Positions 37,178 to 47,791 of a DNA stretch of 64,000 nt are shown piece by piece. This DNA is from Thermofilaceae archaeon (lineage in GTDB: Archaea > Thermoproteota > Thermoprotei > Thermofilales > Thermofilaceae). The notes beneath the pieces are model-generated. The model was not told where the DNA came from and made no database searches. It saw only the letters and a list, made by a program, of their open reading frames with translations. Position 1 is the stretch's first letter, and every line of letters begins with the position of its first letter. A program made the translations under genes and the position numbers. The DNA lies in contig JAWCCZ010000004.1 in NCBI GenBank assembly GCA_038861545.1, positions 64,001 to 128,000 on the forward strand, given 5' to 3'.

Positions 37178-38905
37178 GTGCCTAGATTAGAGATTGAGGG
37201 CTTTGGTAGCTTCAACGTCAGCGAGGGTTCTAACCTCCTTGAAATTTTAAGGGAGAAAGGGGTCCCCATAGCAGCTGGTTGTGGAGGACTTGGATTATGC
37301 GGGTTATGCAAGCTTAAGGTGAAATCCAGCAGGCTCAGCGAACCCACTGAACGGGAGAAAAAGTTGCTGGGGGATATGCTTCGCGATGGATGGAGATTGG
37401 CATGCCAAGTTTACGTAATGGATGACACATCGGTTGAATTAATGATCAAGAAAAAGGGATTTAAGTTTAGGATCAGACCTAGCGTAAAGGTCGCAAACCC
37501 CCTGCTTCTAGTCCCTGTGAACGTATCTAACGAGGGAGAATCCATTGAAGAAGAGCTGTTCACAACCTTGCAGAAGCTAGGAGCTGAGGTAAACCGCTCT
37601 ACAACTTTAGCTCTGAATAAGATGGCTTTAACCGCTTCGAGGGAGGGGGTTAGTAAAGTAGCTGTTATAGCTGAGAAAGAATTGCTTGATCTTGCTGAGG
37701 ATTGCAGAGGTTATGGGCTAGCTGTTGACGTAGGAACAACTAGTATTGCAGTTTCGTTAGTGGACTTAACCAGTGGGGAGCTGATAGATGAACGGGCTAC
37801 CCTAAACTCTCAGATTCGGTTCGGTTCAGACGTAATCTCTAGAATACAGTATTCGTTAGTGCACCACAACGGGGTTAAGCAACTTCAGGAAAGCGTCATC
37901 AGCACAGTTAACCAGCTTGTAAACGAAATAGGGGTTCCAGCTACCAGCGTCTACAAAGTTACTGTCTCTGGAAACTCGGTAATGCTTCACCTTTTTTACG
38001 GAGTAACTCCGAAAACACTTGGTTTTCTTCCCTTTAAACCAGTCTATAGGAGAGGGCTTATAGCAAGAGCTGGTGAGCTAGGCCTTAAGGCACACCCTTG
38101 CGCTAAGGTTGAGTCTTTGCCTATTCTTGGAGGATACGTTGGGGGCGACGTGGTCGGAGATGTCTTGGCTGCAGAATTATTCGAGTATAGAACCGCTATG
38201 CTAATCGATGTAGGAACTAACGGTGAGGTTGTTATAAAAAAGAATGACCAGTATGTTGCAGCCTCTACTCCGGCCGGTCCAGCTTTTGAAGGTGTAGGTC
38301 TTTACTCGGGTATGATGGCCATAGAGGGGGCCATAGAAAAAGTGGGGGTAGAACCCGATGGTAAAACCGCGTACGAGGTTATAGGCGAGGGCCCGCCTCG
38401 GGGGATATGCGGGTCAGGCTACGTGGATCTTTTAGCTGAACTTTTAAGAAAGGGTTTACTCACCCGAGAGGGGCGCTTACTCAGTGGGCCTGGTGTAAGA
38501 GAAGTGAATGGGGTTACCGCATTCCTGGTTGACGAGGAACATGGAATTTTGTTAACTCAACCCGATGTACGTAAACTTCAGCTGGCCGTAGCTGCCGTGA
38601 AGTTGACGGCAAAATTTGCAATGGAGCAACTAGGTGTAGAACTTTGTAAACTAGAGAAAGTTATAGTGGCTGGCGACTTTGGATACCATCTAGATCCGTG
38701 CAACGCGATAGAAATAGGACTCTTACCTAAAGTAGACCGCGTAATCGTAGAGTTCATAGGCAACGGTTCACTAACGGGCGCAGAGCTATACATGGTATCG
38801 AATGAGGCTAGGCAGAAAGTGTGGGAGCTGCTAGGTAAATGTAGAGTACTAGACGTTCCGAGAGATGAAAAAGCTTTCATCAATGAACTCAAGCTCGGTT
38901 GGTGA
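37178..38905 (+). CDS. reductive activator of corrinoid proteins (RACo/RamA-type ASKHA ATPase with N-terminal [2Fe-2S])
   Basis: CGGLGLCGLC...LACQ; DVGTT, GSDVISR, DVGTNGE, AGPAFEG, GICGSG. Confidence 0.92.
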   Translation: MPRLEIEGFGSFNVSEGSNLLEILREKGVPIAAGCGGLGLCGLCKLKVKSSRLSEPTEREKKLLGDMLRDGWRLACQVYVMDDTSVELMIKKKGFKFRIRPSVKVANPLLLVPVNVSNEGESIEEELFTTLQKLGAEVNRSTTLALNKMALTASREGVSKVAVIAEKELLDLAEDCRGYGLAVDVGTTSIAVSLVDLTSGELIDERATLNSQIRFGSDVISRIQYSLVHHNGVKQLQESVISTVNQLVNEIGVPATSVYKVTVSGNSVMLHLFYGVTPKTLGFLPFKPVYRRGLIARAGELGLKAHPCAKVESLPILGGYVGGDVVGDVLAAELFEYRTAMLIDVGTNGEVVIKKNDQYVAASTPAGPAFEGVGLYSGMMAIEGAIEKVGVEPDGKTAYEVIGEGPPRGICGSGYVDLLAELLRKGLLTREGRLLSGPGVREVNGVTAFLVDEEHGILLTQPDVRKLQLAVAAVKLTAKFAMEQLGVELCKLEKVIVAGDFGYHLDPCNAIEIGLLPKVDRVIVEFIGNGSLTGAELYMVSNEARQKVWELLGKCRVLDVPRDEKAFINELKLGW

Positions 38906-39340
38906 GCTGAGCCTAGCAAGCTTCGAAAGAGCCTCCGCTACAGTCCTCGCAGTGGTGACAACCCGCTCGCTTGGCGGTTTACCTAGATCAAGGTTCTCAA
39001 CAGGCATGCCCACTATGTAAACTCTTGATAAATCGAAACCAACAGCACCGAAGAGAATGGAGAGTGAAAGAGCATGCGTCGTAGCTGGCAACGCCTCCCC
39101 AGTCTCGGAAAGCCTAAAAACCTTCACGCCTGAACCCCTACACAGCAAGGCGTCAACTACAATTACGATCGCCGGCTTCAGCTTACCTATTTTGCCAACA
39201 AAGTTTTCGGGAACGCTGCCAGCGTAGATCGCGGGAACCCCCCTCATCTGGAGCTCTTTATACACTAGGAAACCAAAAGCGTCGTCGCCTCGTAGTGGGT
39301 TCCCAACGCAAAGTATCAGTATACTGCCGCGTCTCATCAT
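38849..39340 (-). CDS. hydrogenase maturation endopeptidase (HycI-type)
   Basis: GNPLRGDDAFG, PENF, VVDA, TTH. Confidence 0.88.
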   Translation of the reverse strand: MMRRGSILILCVGNPLRGDDAFGFLVYKELQMRGVPAIYAGSVPENFVGKIGKLKPAIVIVVDALLCRGSGVKVFRLSETGEALPATTHALSLSILFGAVGFDLSRVYIVGMPVENLDLGKPPSERVVTTARTVAEALSKLARLSSPTELEFIDESFFISRNV

Positions 39341-39431
39341 GCAATACTAATATATCACCCGTATATATCTGGTTACATCTGTAGAACGGGTTACGTAAAT
39401 AAACATTAAAGGGCTTGAAAAGATTTTTTAT

Positions 39432-39965
39432 GTGTCACAAATGAGTCCAGAAGGGAGAATACTCTTAGATTACCCGTTAAGCGCAAAATCAGTTACTCTA
39501 AGGTTCTGCGTATCCGCGGTTGTTTCCTGCCTCTACCTGTATTTAGCGTTCCAAACGAACGAAAGCCTCTTTAACATAGGATTCCTAGTATCCTTCACCT
39601 TTCTCTTATTGTTTAGCCTTGTTTACAGAATTATAAACTTCTTAACAATTTATAAAACGATTATACTAAAAGGTGAATACCGAAAAGAGAAAAAAGGTGG
39701 ATGCATTGAATTACTTTATAATATTCTGTTATTTATTTCTCCATTCTTTTTATTTATTTTTATAAATTCTGTTTTAGCCTTAGGAATTTTATTTGGAGTT
39801 ATTTCGGCAGTAGGCATCTTAGATTCTTTATTTTACCTCTACGTGAAAAATAGGGAAGCTCATCTCGGTGGCCACTTCAAAGCTTTCATAGAAAAAGGGA
39901 ATAAACCTGGCTGCTATGTATGGGGTCTCAGCTTACATTCTGAGGACGAAATCGATAGGAGTTAA
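39432..39965 (+). CDS. hypothetical 4-TM membrane protein, AT-rich
   Basis: ORF with four hydrophobic segments; low GC. Confidence 0.6.
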   Translation: MSQMSPEGRILLDYPLSAKSVTLRFCVSAVVSCLYLYLAFQTNESLFNIGFLVSFTFLLLFSLVYRIINFLTIYKTIILKGEYRKEKKGGCIELLYNILLFISPFFLFIFINSVLALGILFGVISAVGILDSLFYLYVKNREAHLGGHFKAFIEKGNKPGCYVWGLSLHSEDEIDRS

Positions 39966-40754
39966 CCCAAACCTAGTTCCTACCATTACTTGGAGATGAA
40001 TCCTGCATGTGTTCTCCAGAAAGCATTCGAAAGTAGTATCTCCTGGTAGTTCTATAGCTTTGGTTAAATTTACACCGTCTTGGAATATTTTCAATCCAGA
40101 TGGGTAGTTATCAGCTACAAATCTAATGAGCTTAGACCCCTTATACACATAGTATCTTGTGAAAAACGCTGTTAAACCTTTTTTACTTTGCGTGTAAAGA
40201 TTTAACTTTAAATGAATAAATGATTTAGAATCCCTCAGAAAGTTGACTTCTATGAGTTTCACCGAGAAAGATTTTACGGCATATACTTCATAATACCAGT
40301 TTAGACATGAATTAATCGTAACCGGTAATGATAACAGCAAGAGAATAGTAGATAATTGAAACACTAGTTTCTTCGTCTTCGGCTTACTTTCTGCGATATA
40401 GCTGCTCATTACCAAAGTTATTACAGAAATAGGTGCTGCATATACCAAGTTGAATAAAATTACATTCTTAGTGATTACTAACGTTGCGAGGTCGCCTGAA
40501 ACGCTTCCCAGTAGTATATCGATAGGCAGTTTAGCTAACATCAAGGCTACAATTATGGAAAGGACTTGCGTTACGAAGTATATGGCAAAAGACTTCGTTA
40601 AATTTTCAGCAACCCAGCCTATAATTAGACTTGCAACTATAACCGGAATTAAGTACTCCGGCTGAGTGGATAACCCAGTGAAAGCCGACTGGAAAAAAGA
40701 CAAGAGATAAATGAAAAACGAGGATAAAGTTAATAGAACTACCTTAGATTTCAC
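39933..40754 (-). CDS. hypothetical membrane protein, coupled to the dppC-like gene
   Basis: About 5 TMs plus a beta-rich C-terminal domain; GTGA overlap with upstream stop. Confidence 0.65.
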   Translation of the reverse strand: MKSKVVLLTLSSFFIYLLSFFQSAFTGLSTQPEYLIPVIVASLIIGWVAENLTKSFAIYFVTQVLSIIVALMLAKLPIDILLGSVSGDLATLVITKNVILFNLVYAAPISVITLVMSSYIAESKPKTKKLVFQLSTILLLLSLPVTINSCLNWYYEVYAVKSFSVKLIEVNFLRDSKSFIHLKLNLYTQSKKGLTAFFTRYYVYKGSKLIRFVADNYPSGLKIFQDGVNLTKAIELPGDTTFECFLENTCRIHLQVMVGTRFGLTPIDFVLRM

Positions 40755-42178
40755 GTTAAACGCCTTGCCCTCAGTTTCGGGTTGAAAACCTCATCCAGGG
40801 TCTGCCCAATAAGAACAAAGCTCATAGCTAGCAACGTTATCATAACACCAGGCGGTACTACCCACCACCAGAGCATCCTGGAAAAAGCTCCGCTATAGCG
40901 GGCATTGTATAACATCCTTCCCCAAGATGGAACTCTCGGATCACCTAAATTCAAGAAACTGAGTGAGGATTCAAGCAGGATAGCGCCGGGTACATTTAGA
41001 ACAAGCGTGATGTAGACTATAGGCGTTAACTGGGGTAAGATGTGCTTAAAAAGTATATATACGTCACTTGCTCCTAAAGCTCGAGCTGCTTCTACAAAAA
41101 GCCTCTCCCTTAAGGACATTACGTAAGCTCTGCAATTCCTAGCAAATCCCATCCAGCTGAACAGCGCGATCAGGAATATTGTAATGTATAAACTTTTACC
41201 TATGAACACGCTTACAGCAATAAGTAAGGGAATCAAAGGTAGAAACATCAAAGTATCTGTAAAAAACATCAATATTTGGTCAACTAAGCCACCTTTATAC
41301 CCTGCTACAATTCCTACAACAAGTCCTAGTAGGACTGATACAACTGACGCTAGTATACCTACAATTAAGCTGACGCGTGTACCATGTATCAAATTCGAGA
41401 AAAGATCTCCTCCCAAGTTATCAGTCCCGAGAACACCGTAGGCTAATCCCGGTATCTTGAAGTATAATGGACTGACGGCTATTTTCACGTAGTTGTCTTC
41501 CCTGATCCTCGAGTAGATAACAATCTTTAGCTTGTATAGTCCCTTTTCAGCAAAGAGTTTCTCACCTAGATCGTCATAAGGCGAGAAACCTAAGGCTAGC
41601 TTAAGCGGTACATCTCTGGCATCAAAACGAGCAGATGGTTCAATGCGAGTTAAGTTGTATGATATTGCACCGCTATCATATATTTGATAGCTCTTTCCGT
41701 TAGGCACATCTAAGTAGAGCCTGATCCTCGCCGTCGAACCAAGCCCTCCAGCTACGGTTATGTTATAAGCGATTTCACCGTAAAAACCCTTGGGTGGGGA
41801 GTATGGGTATTCGAAGGAATAAATTAACGAGAGCTCTACTCTTCGCTCATCACTTTCCGGCGTAAATTCGCATAAAATCCAATCGTCTACGACGGTTAAC
41901 CTAGAGCAATTTCCTTCAACTTTCCATCTACTACCTACAATTTTCAACTCTATATTCTCAGGTAAATCCCTATATTGTGGGAAAGCTTTAAACCAGAATG
42001 GAACTGCGTAACCTTCCGCTAGGTTTATTTCATCGGGTTTGTGTGTCGCTATAAAATCAGCGAATATGCTTATTAATATAAACGTCAAAAGCAGGAAAAG
42101 ACCAAGCACACCCTTCTTGTACCTAGTAATACTTTTTATAATTTCGATTATGTTATGAAAAGTACTTGAGGTGCTCAC
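40751..42178 (-). CDS. dipeptide/oligopeptide ABC permease (DppC/OppC)
   Basis: LGTDNLG.D, EAARALGAS, SWGRML; large extracellular insertion. Confidence 0.9.
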   Translation of the reverse strand: MSTSSTFHNIIEIIKSITRYKKGVLGLFLLLTFILISIFADFIATHKPDEINLAEGYAVPFWFKAFPQYRDLPENIELKIVGSRWKVEGNCSRLTVVDDWILCEFTPESDERRVELSLIYSFEYPYSPPKGFYGEIAYNITVAGGLGSTARIRLYLDVPNGKSYQIYDSGAISYNLTRIEPSARFDARDVPLKLALGFSPYDDLGEKLFAEKGLYKLKIVIYSRIREDNYVKIAVSPLYFKIPGLAYGVLGTDNLGGDLFSNLIHGTRVSLIVGILASVVSVLLGLVVGIVAGYKGGLVDQILMFFTDTLMFLPLIPLLIAVSVFIGKSLYITIFLIALFSWMGFARNCRAYVMSLRERLFVEAARALGASDVYILFKHILPQLTPIVYITLVLNVPGAILLESSLSFLNLGDPRVPSWGRMLYNARYSGAFSRMLWWWVVPPGVMITLLAMSFVLIGQTLDEVFNPKLRARRLT

Positions 42179-43161
42179 CTCAGCCTCACCCTTGGATCTG
42201 CAAGAGCTATCAAAAGATCAGCTATGTAAAGGGATACAACTGTTAAGAAAATACTTATAAACAGAACACCTTGAACTACAGGGTAATCAAATTGCGTACT
42301 TGCCTCGAACAACCACCTACCTACACCATACCATGAGAAAATAGTCTCGGTAATTACGGCTCCTGACACTATACCCGGTAACGCGAGCGCTACAATTGTA
42401 ATGACAGGGGGAAGCACGTTCTTTAACACGTGTTTCACCATAATTTCTTTTTCATCGAGACCCTTAGCCCTCGCGGTGATAATGTAGTCCTCACCAAGCT
42501 GTGTTATAAACAAGCTTCTTATCAAAAGTGCGTAACCTCCTACCCCCACTATGATCAGGGTTAAGAGAGGCAAGGTCATGTGCCACAGAAAATCGGCTAT
42601 GTATAGAACAGGGTCCAATGGAGGTGGTCTACTGACACTTCCTGCTAGTGGAAATAACCTTAGATAAAATCCGAACACTAAGAGTAAGAGGAGGCCAAGG
42701 TAGAACGTTGGAAACGAGTTTAGAAGGACGCTGGTACCAATGAACGCTGTATCTATTTTTGTCCCTCTCTTCATAGCCAGCGTTAGACCAATAGCTAAAC
42801 CGAAGATTATTGTCAACACTGTTGAGGCTCCCAGCAGTATAACTGTGTTAGGCAACCTCTCCACTAATTCTGCTATAACGGGCCTACGAGTGTAGAAAGA
42901 GTAGCCAAGGTTACCAGTGAATAGGGCTAGTACGTACTTTACGAACTGCGCGTGTAAGGGCTCATCTAAACCGAACGCCTTTCTTATTAGTTCTTTCTGC
43001 TCGTTTGTTAAATTAGGATTCATAAAAAAGAACGATGGATCTATACCTAACACATAATAAGGTAAAACCCTTAAAAGAGCGAATTGCAGCACAAGGGCTA
43101 CGAAGAGGACCATTGCTCTATCTAGGGCTCTTTTCGCCATATACCTAGCTAAACCAGCCAA
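42175..43161 (-). CDS. dipeptide/oligopeptide ABC permease (DppB/OppB)
   Basis: GLDEP, LPNT..L, DYIITARAKGL, ETIFSW.GVG, DPRVR. Confidence 0.92.
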   Translation of the reverse strand: MAGLARYMAKRALDRAMVLFVALVLQFALLRVLPYYVLGIDPSFFFMNPNLTNEQKELIRKAFGLDEPLHAQFVKYVLALFTGNLGYSFYTRRPVIAELVERLPNTVILLGASTVLTIIFGLAIGLTLAMKRGTKIDTAFIGTSVLLNSFPTFYLGLLLLLVFGFYLRLFPLAGSVSRPPPLDPVLYIADFLWHMTLPLLTLIIVGVGGYALLIRSLFITQLGEDYIITARAKGLDEKEIMVKHVLKNVLPPVITIVALALPGIVSGAVITETIFSWYGVGRWLFEASTQFDYPVVQGVLFISIFLTVVSLYIADLLIALADPRVRLR

Positions 43162-43212
43162 CTACACCACCAGTAGAAAATTCCACAAAAAGTAAACAAT
43201 TAATCTAAAAGG

Positions 43213-45363
43213 TTATCCGCTAGATTTGCTTTTTTTCCTTCTAGTTAAGTAGAGAACGGCGATGATCACTACCGCAATGCCTATTGCTCCTAACGCTATA
43301 TAGGGTAGGTAGCGTTCCCAAGCCGGTCTGATAGTAATCGACACCGGTACTTCTTTTTCAAAGCTAGTTCCAGCTATTACAGCTGAACTGCGCACGAGTG
43401 CTTTGAAGCTTCCGCTAAGACCAGCTGTATCGAGAGACGCTTCATAAACTCCTCCTCCTTTATGGGCGGCTGAAACACTTTTCACAACGTTGTCATCACT
43501 AATCAATTGTAGAGATACAGTAGCATTTGTTAACGCGGTACCTGTGTAATCTGTTAACTTCACGGTAATTTGAAGGGAATCGCCCTCGTAAAGTGTAGTT
43601 TTCTGTAGAGTGTACTCTAACGTTAAAGTTTTAGCAGGATGCTTCTTCCAGTAGCCAGCATACCACTTTAGCAGGATATACTCACCAGGCTTCCTATCAG
43701 CAAATATGAAAGGCCCTGTCCCTATCAAGCACGTCAAACCACTTTTTGTAGGATGTGGAACTTTGCTTGGATCCCATTTCTCCCATCCGCCGTACTGCTC
43801 GAGTAGCGATTCGTTACCCCAGATGTGTGCGGGTACTAGTGCAACGTTAATGTCATAAAGATAGGTCCAGCTTGTGCCATTTATGTATGCAATAATTGTA
43901 TAGTCATCGGGTAGCTCGGTTTCTATCAACTCCTCGAAAACCTTGGCATATTGTTGAGTCGGTTTGTTTAACTTTATAAACCACCAAGTGAAGTTAACGT
44001 CTCTTGCTGTGAATTTTACGCCATCGTGCCATGTAACATTATTGTTTAAGTAAAATGTGATCTTAGTACTTGGATGACCCCCAATCTCCACTTCCTCCAT
44101 TTTCCATGATTTAGCCAACCAAGGCAAGTTATCTGAAACTTGATCGGGATGAGCTATGAAAAGTGACTCCAATACGTTGTTCATAACTGCCCACTCATCT
44201 CCGCTGATCGCCGTAAACGGGTTAAGAGTCCGTGGATCAGAGCCTAACGGCGTCTTATATGCTCCTCCAAATAACATGTTAGTGTGGTGCACATTTAATG
44301 TGGTGATGTAGGATTGCCCCCCAACAGGTTTTGAAAGAACAATTCCGGCTATATCAGTTCGGAATCCTACGTTAGCGATACCCATGTAAATCGGTATGTA
44401 GGGGAGGAGGTCAGCTACCTTCTCTTGAACTTTCCAGAGAGCTTGCTTAGCCTTGGATATATCCGCTGTATAATAGAACTGCTCCAGTAATTTATCAAGC
44501 TCGGGATCACTTATTCCCCAGAAATTCCAGCTACCGTCGGTCCTGAAAAGCTCGTATGCCAGTGTGGGAACCCTATCCCAACCTAAATATAAAATAAACG
44601 ACTTGAAGGTCTTGGAGTATATCTGGGCTACTAGAGCTTGAAACTCTATGGCTTCTATTTCAATCGGTAAACCTACGCTACGACCCTCTTCAATTATGTG
44701 CTGAGCTTCTTGATACAACCATGGAGCTTGCTCTTGAGGAGGAACCTGAATAATTATTTTTCCAAGCTCCCTACCGTTAGGTTCATACCACTTACCGGTT
44801 TTTTCATCAAATATAAAACCGGCGTCTAGCAATACCTTTTTAGATAATTCCCTGCTGAATGGATAACTAGGTACATCCGGGTTAGACCAATCCCCGAAAG
44901 CTGGAGGTATAGCGGCCTCCACTGGTACGCCGAAACCATTGAAAACATTTCTGATAATCCAATCTCTATCAATAAGGTGGGCTACAGCCTTTCTAACAGC
45001 TGTATAGTTCCACGGATATTGCTGACAGTTTATTCCGAGAAATTGTAGATTAAAGGTTTGATATGATAATAGGTATATGTTTGGATCATCTTTAACCTCT
45101 GAAATCCTTGCTGGCTGGACAAAACATGTATCCAAGTCGCCTTTCTTGAAAGCCATTAATCGAGCATCGTAGTCTAAAATCACGGGCATTAAAGTTTCAT
45201 CGACACGTGGACCATAGGGTTCCCAGCTCCATGTCTCCTGCTCGGGAGGGATTGGCGCTGGGCAGACAGTTGTTACCGAAATAAGTGTCAAAATAATTAC
45301 CAGCGTTGATAAGAGTTTCCCGTCATTTAAACTAGTTTTTTTGATAATTTTGCCTCTCTTCAT
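43213..45363 (-). CDS. family 5 ABC substrate-binding protein with C-terminal Ig-like domain and TM anchor
   Basis: Signal peptide; VRKAVAHLIDR, TLNP, WHDG.KFTA.DV.FT, GTGPF; C-terminal TM plus basic tail. Confidence 0.88.
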   Translation of the reverse strand: MKRGKIIKKTSLNDGKLLSTLVIILTLISVTTVCPAPIPPEQETWSWEPYGPRVDETLMPVILDYDARLMAFKKGDLDTCFVQPARISEVKDDPNIYLLSYQTFNLQFLGINCQQYPWNYTAVRKAVAHLIDRDWIIRNVFNGFGVPVEAAIPPAFGDWSNPDVPSYPFSRELSKKVLLDAGFIFDEKTGKWYEPNGRELGKIIIQVPPQEQAPWLYQEAQHIIEEGRSVGLPIEIEAIEFQALVAQIYSKTFKSFILYLGWDRVPTLAYELFRTDGSWNFWGISDPELDKLLEQFYYTADISKAKQALWKVQEKVADLLPYIPIYMGIANVGFRTDIAGIVLSKPVGGQSYITTLNVHHTNMLFGGAYKTPLGSDPRTLNPFTAISGDEWAVMNNVLESLFIAHPDQVSDNLPWLAKSWKMEEVEIGGHPSTKITFYLNNNVTWHDGVKFTARDVNFTWWFIKLNKPTQQYAKVFEELIETELPDDYTIIAYINGTSWTYLYDINVALVPAHIWGNESLLEQYGGWEKWDPSKVPHPTKSGLTCLIGTGPFIFADRKPGEYILLKWYAGYWKKHPAKTLTLEYTLQKTTLYEGDSLQITVKLTDYTGTALTNATVSLQLISDDNVVKSVSAAHKGGGVYEASLDTAGLSGSFKALVRSSAVIAGTSFEKEVPVSITIRPAWERYLPYIALGAIGIAVVIIAVLYLTRRKKSKSSG

Positions 45364-45427
45364 TGCTCTAGCCTTAAAGAAAACCTATATATAAACCTTA
45401 TTTCATTAAATTCTTTGAACTGGTTTG

Positions 45428-46417
45428 TTAACGTAACAAGTGGCAGGCTGCGAAATGCTCCTTCTCAACTTCAACGCTGGGGGGCTCCTCACTACGACAA
45501 ACATCCATAACGTAAGGACACCGAGGATGAAAACGACAACCAGAAGGAGGATTAATTGGCGACGCTACTTCTCCTATTATAGGGATTTCTCCTATTTTAA
45601 CGCGGGGGTCAGGTGTTGGAATTGCTGTGATAAGGGCTTTTGTGTAGGGGTGAGCTGGACTATCTATCACCTGCTGCGAGCCCCCTATTTCAACAATCTT
45701 TCCGAGGTACATGACCGCTATTCTATCGCTAATGTGTTTAGCTAAAGCTAAGTCATGAGTTATAAATAGGTAAGCTACCCTGTGTTTTTCCCGTATGTCC
45801 AGTAATAACTTCAAGATACTGGCGCGAATTGACATATCTAACATAGAGACCGGTTCATCAGCTACTATGAAATTCGGCCTGAGGATTATCGCTCTTGCGA
45901 TAGCAACTCTCTGTCGCTGACCACCGCTAAGCTCATGTGGGTACCTATTTAAAAAGTTCTCAGGAGGAGTTAACGCCACTTCTTCTAGAGCTTTGATGAC
46001 CATTTCGACTTTCTCCTCCTTGCCGTTAAGGTTGCCATGTATGGCTAGAGGTTCGGCAACGATATCTATGATTCGCATCAAGGGATTTAGAGATTCATAA
46101 GGGTCTTGAAAAATTATCTGTGCTTTCCTCCTAAATTCTTTTAGTTCAACACCTTGAACCGTGGTAACGTCTCTGCCCTCAAAGAGTATTTTACCGCTAT
46201 CAGGTTCCTCTAACCTTATACTCAGACGGCCTGTGGTAGTCTTACCGCAACCAGATTCACCTGCTAGGCAAAATATCTCCCCAGCTTTAACATCAAAGCT
46301 TATACCATCGACGGCCTTAAGGTATACTAGTGTTCTCCTACTTAATATGTCACTTAAACCGCGTCTCATAGGAAACCATTTCCTAATATTTACAACTTTA
46401 ATTAGTGGCTCACTCAT
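45428..46417 (-). CDS. dipeptide/oligopeptide ABC ATPase (DppF/OppF)
   Basis: [40 protein letters not shown], Cys-rich C-terminus. Confidence 0.93.
   Translation of the reverse strand: MSEPLIKVVNIRKWFPMRRGLSDILSRRTLVYLKAVDGISFDVKAGEIFCLAGESGCGKTTTGRLSIRLEEPDSGKILFEGRDVTTVQGVELKEFRRKAQIIFQDPYESLNPLMRIIDIVAEPLAIHGNLNGKEEKVEMVIKALEEVALTPPENFLNRYPHELSGGQRQRVAIARAIILRPNFIVADEPVSMLDMSIRASILKLLLDIREKHRVAYLFITHDLALAKHISDRIAVMYLGKIVEIGGSQQVIDSPAHPYTKALITAIPTPDPRVKIGEIPIIGEVASPINPPSGCRFHPRCPYVMDVCRSEEPPSVEVEKEHFAACHLLR
45440..45556. repeat. perfect intragenic repeat, copy 1 (117 bp identical to 46435-46551)
   Basis: Direct base-by-base comparison. Confidence 0.95.
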
Positions 46418-47388
46418 GCGTACTCACCAAGTAGGTGGCAGGCTGCGAAATGCTCCTTCTCAACTTCAACGCTGGGGGGCTCCTCACTACGACAAACATC
46501 CATAACGTAAGGACACCGAGGATGAAAACGACAACCAGAAGGAGGATTAATCAAGCTAGGCGGCTGCCCAACTATGTACTTGAATGTCTTCTTCGGTTCT
46601 TTAATGCTGGGAACGGCGCTAATTAAAGCTTGAGTGTAAGGGTGACTGGGGTTTAAAAAAACAGCCTCTGTACTACCACTTTCCACGAACTTGCCAGCAT
46701 ACATGATAGCCACTTTATTGCTTACTTCCGAAATAACCGAGACATCGTGGGAAATAAACACTATTGAGAGCCTTAGTCTTTCCTTTAACTCCTTTAGAAG
46801 CTTAAGTATTTGAGCCTGAACTATCACATCAAGTGCCGTAGTGGGTTCATCTGCTATTAAAACCCTAGGATTTAGAGCTAAGGCCATGGCTATAACCGCT
46901 CTTTGGCGCTGCCCTCCGCTAAGTTCAAAGGGGTATCTCTTAAGGGTCGACCTATCTAACCCCACCATTTCCAGCAAGTCAGCCGCCTTCTCCAGAGCTT
47001 CCTTCTTCGCAATCCCATCTACATGAACGATTATGGCTTCAGCTATTTGCTCTCCAACCTTGATTACAGGGTTAAGCGCGTTCATGCTACCTTGGAAAAC
47101 CATCGATACCTTTCTCCAGCGGATCTCTCTTCTCAGCTTATCCTCCGGTAAACCTACTATATCCATGCCGTCAAGTACTATTCTCCCACTCACAATCCGC
47201 GCGTTTGAGGGTAGGATCTTTAGTAAGGTCATCGCCAAGCTCGATTTTCCGCAACCGGACTCACCAACTATTCCTAACGACTCTGCTTCGCCCAATGAAA
47301 AGTCAACTCCATCAACTGCTTTTACAGTCTCACCATCAACACCGTAGTACATCTTCAGGTTCTCGACAGCCAACAACATCCTAGGCAC
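46414..47388 (-). CDS. dipeptide/oligopeptide ABC ATPase (DppD/OppD)
   Basis: [31 protein letters not shown], Cys-rich C-terminus. Confidence 0.93.
   Translation of the reverse strand: MPRMLLAVENLKMYYGVDGETVKAVDGVDFSLGEAESLGIVGESGCGKSSLAMTLLKILPSNARIVSGRIVLDGMDIVGLPEDKLRREIRWRKVSMVFQGSMNALNPVIKVGEQIAEAIIVHVDGIAKKEALEKAADLLEMVGLDRSTLKRYPFELSGGQRQRAVIAMALALNPRVLIADEPTTALDVIVQAQILKLLKELKERLRLSIVFISHDVSVISEVSNKVAIMYAGKFVESGSTEAVFLNPSHPYTQALISAVPSIKEPKKTFKYIVGQPPSLINPPSGCRFHPRCPYVMDVCRSEEPPSVEVEKEHFAACHLLGEYA
46435..46563. repeat. perfect intragenic repeat, copy 2 (46435-46551 matches copy 1; 46463-46563 matches copy 3)
   Basis: Direct base-by-base comparison. Confidence 0.95.
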
Positions 47389-47791
47389 CTTTAACTAGAA
47401 TCTGGGGTAAACTTAAAGGAATTATAAACTTTTAGCGAACCTTCTATGAATACTTTTAATATAATCTTATGTACCTTCATGGATAAAAGTAAATCCTCAG
47501 TTAAAAACTCTATGCAGGAACTAGCCTTTTAGAGTTGTAAAAGCATGGCTTGACTATTCGGTTCAACCATCAATTAATATCATTGGCCTTTAGTTAAGGT
47601 CCCATTCCTTGTTGAACTTGTAGATGGAGCCTGAGCACAAAGTTAGAGAAAACTGATGGCGGTAATCCTTTCTTCTCTAATTGATTGGTTTATGCTGAGC
47701 AGCTTCGTGGCCTACTTTAGCAATGATAATGGTCGCTCTGAAATAATGGTAGAACTTTCGGCTTCTATCTCACAGTTTAAAAAGCAATGAA

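Noticed and set aside
47389-47791. 400-bp intergenic region with a 44-codon plus-strand ORF and stop-interrupted upstream frame; also C/D-box-like words
   Set aside because: No recognisable protein motif and no complete C/D box set; at best an unidentifiable remnant
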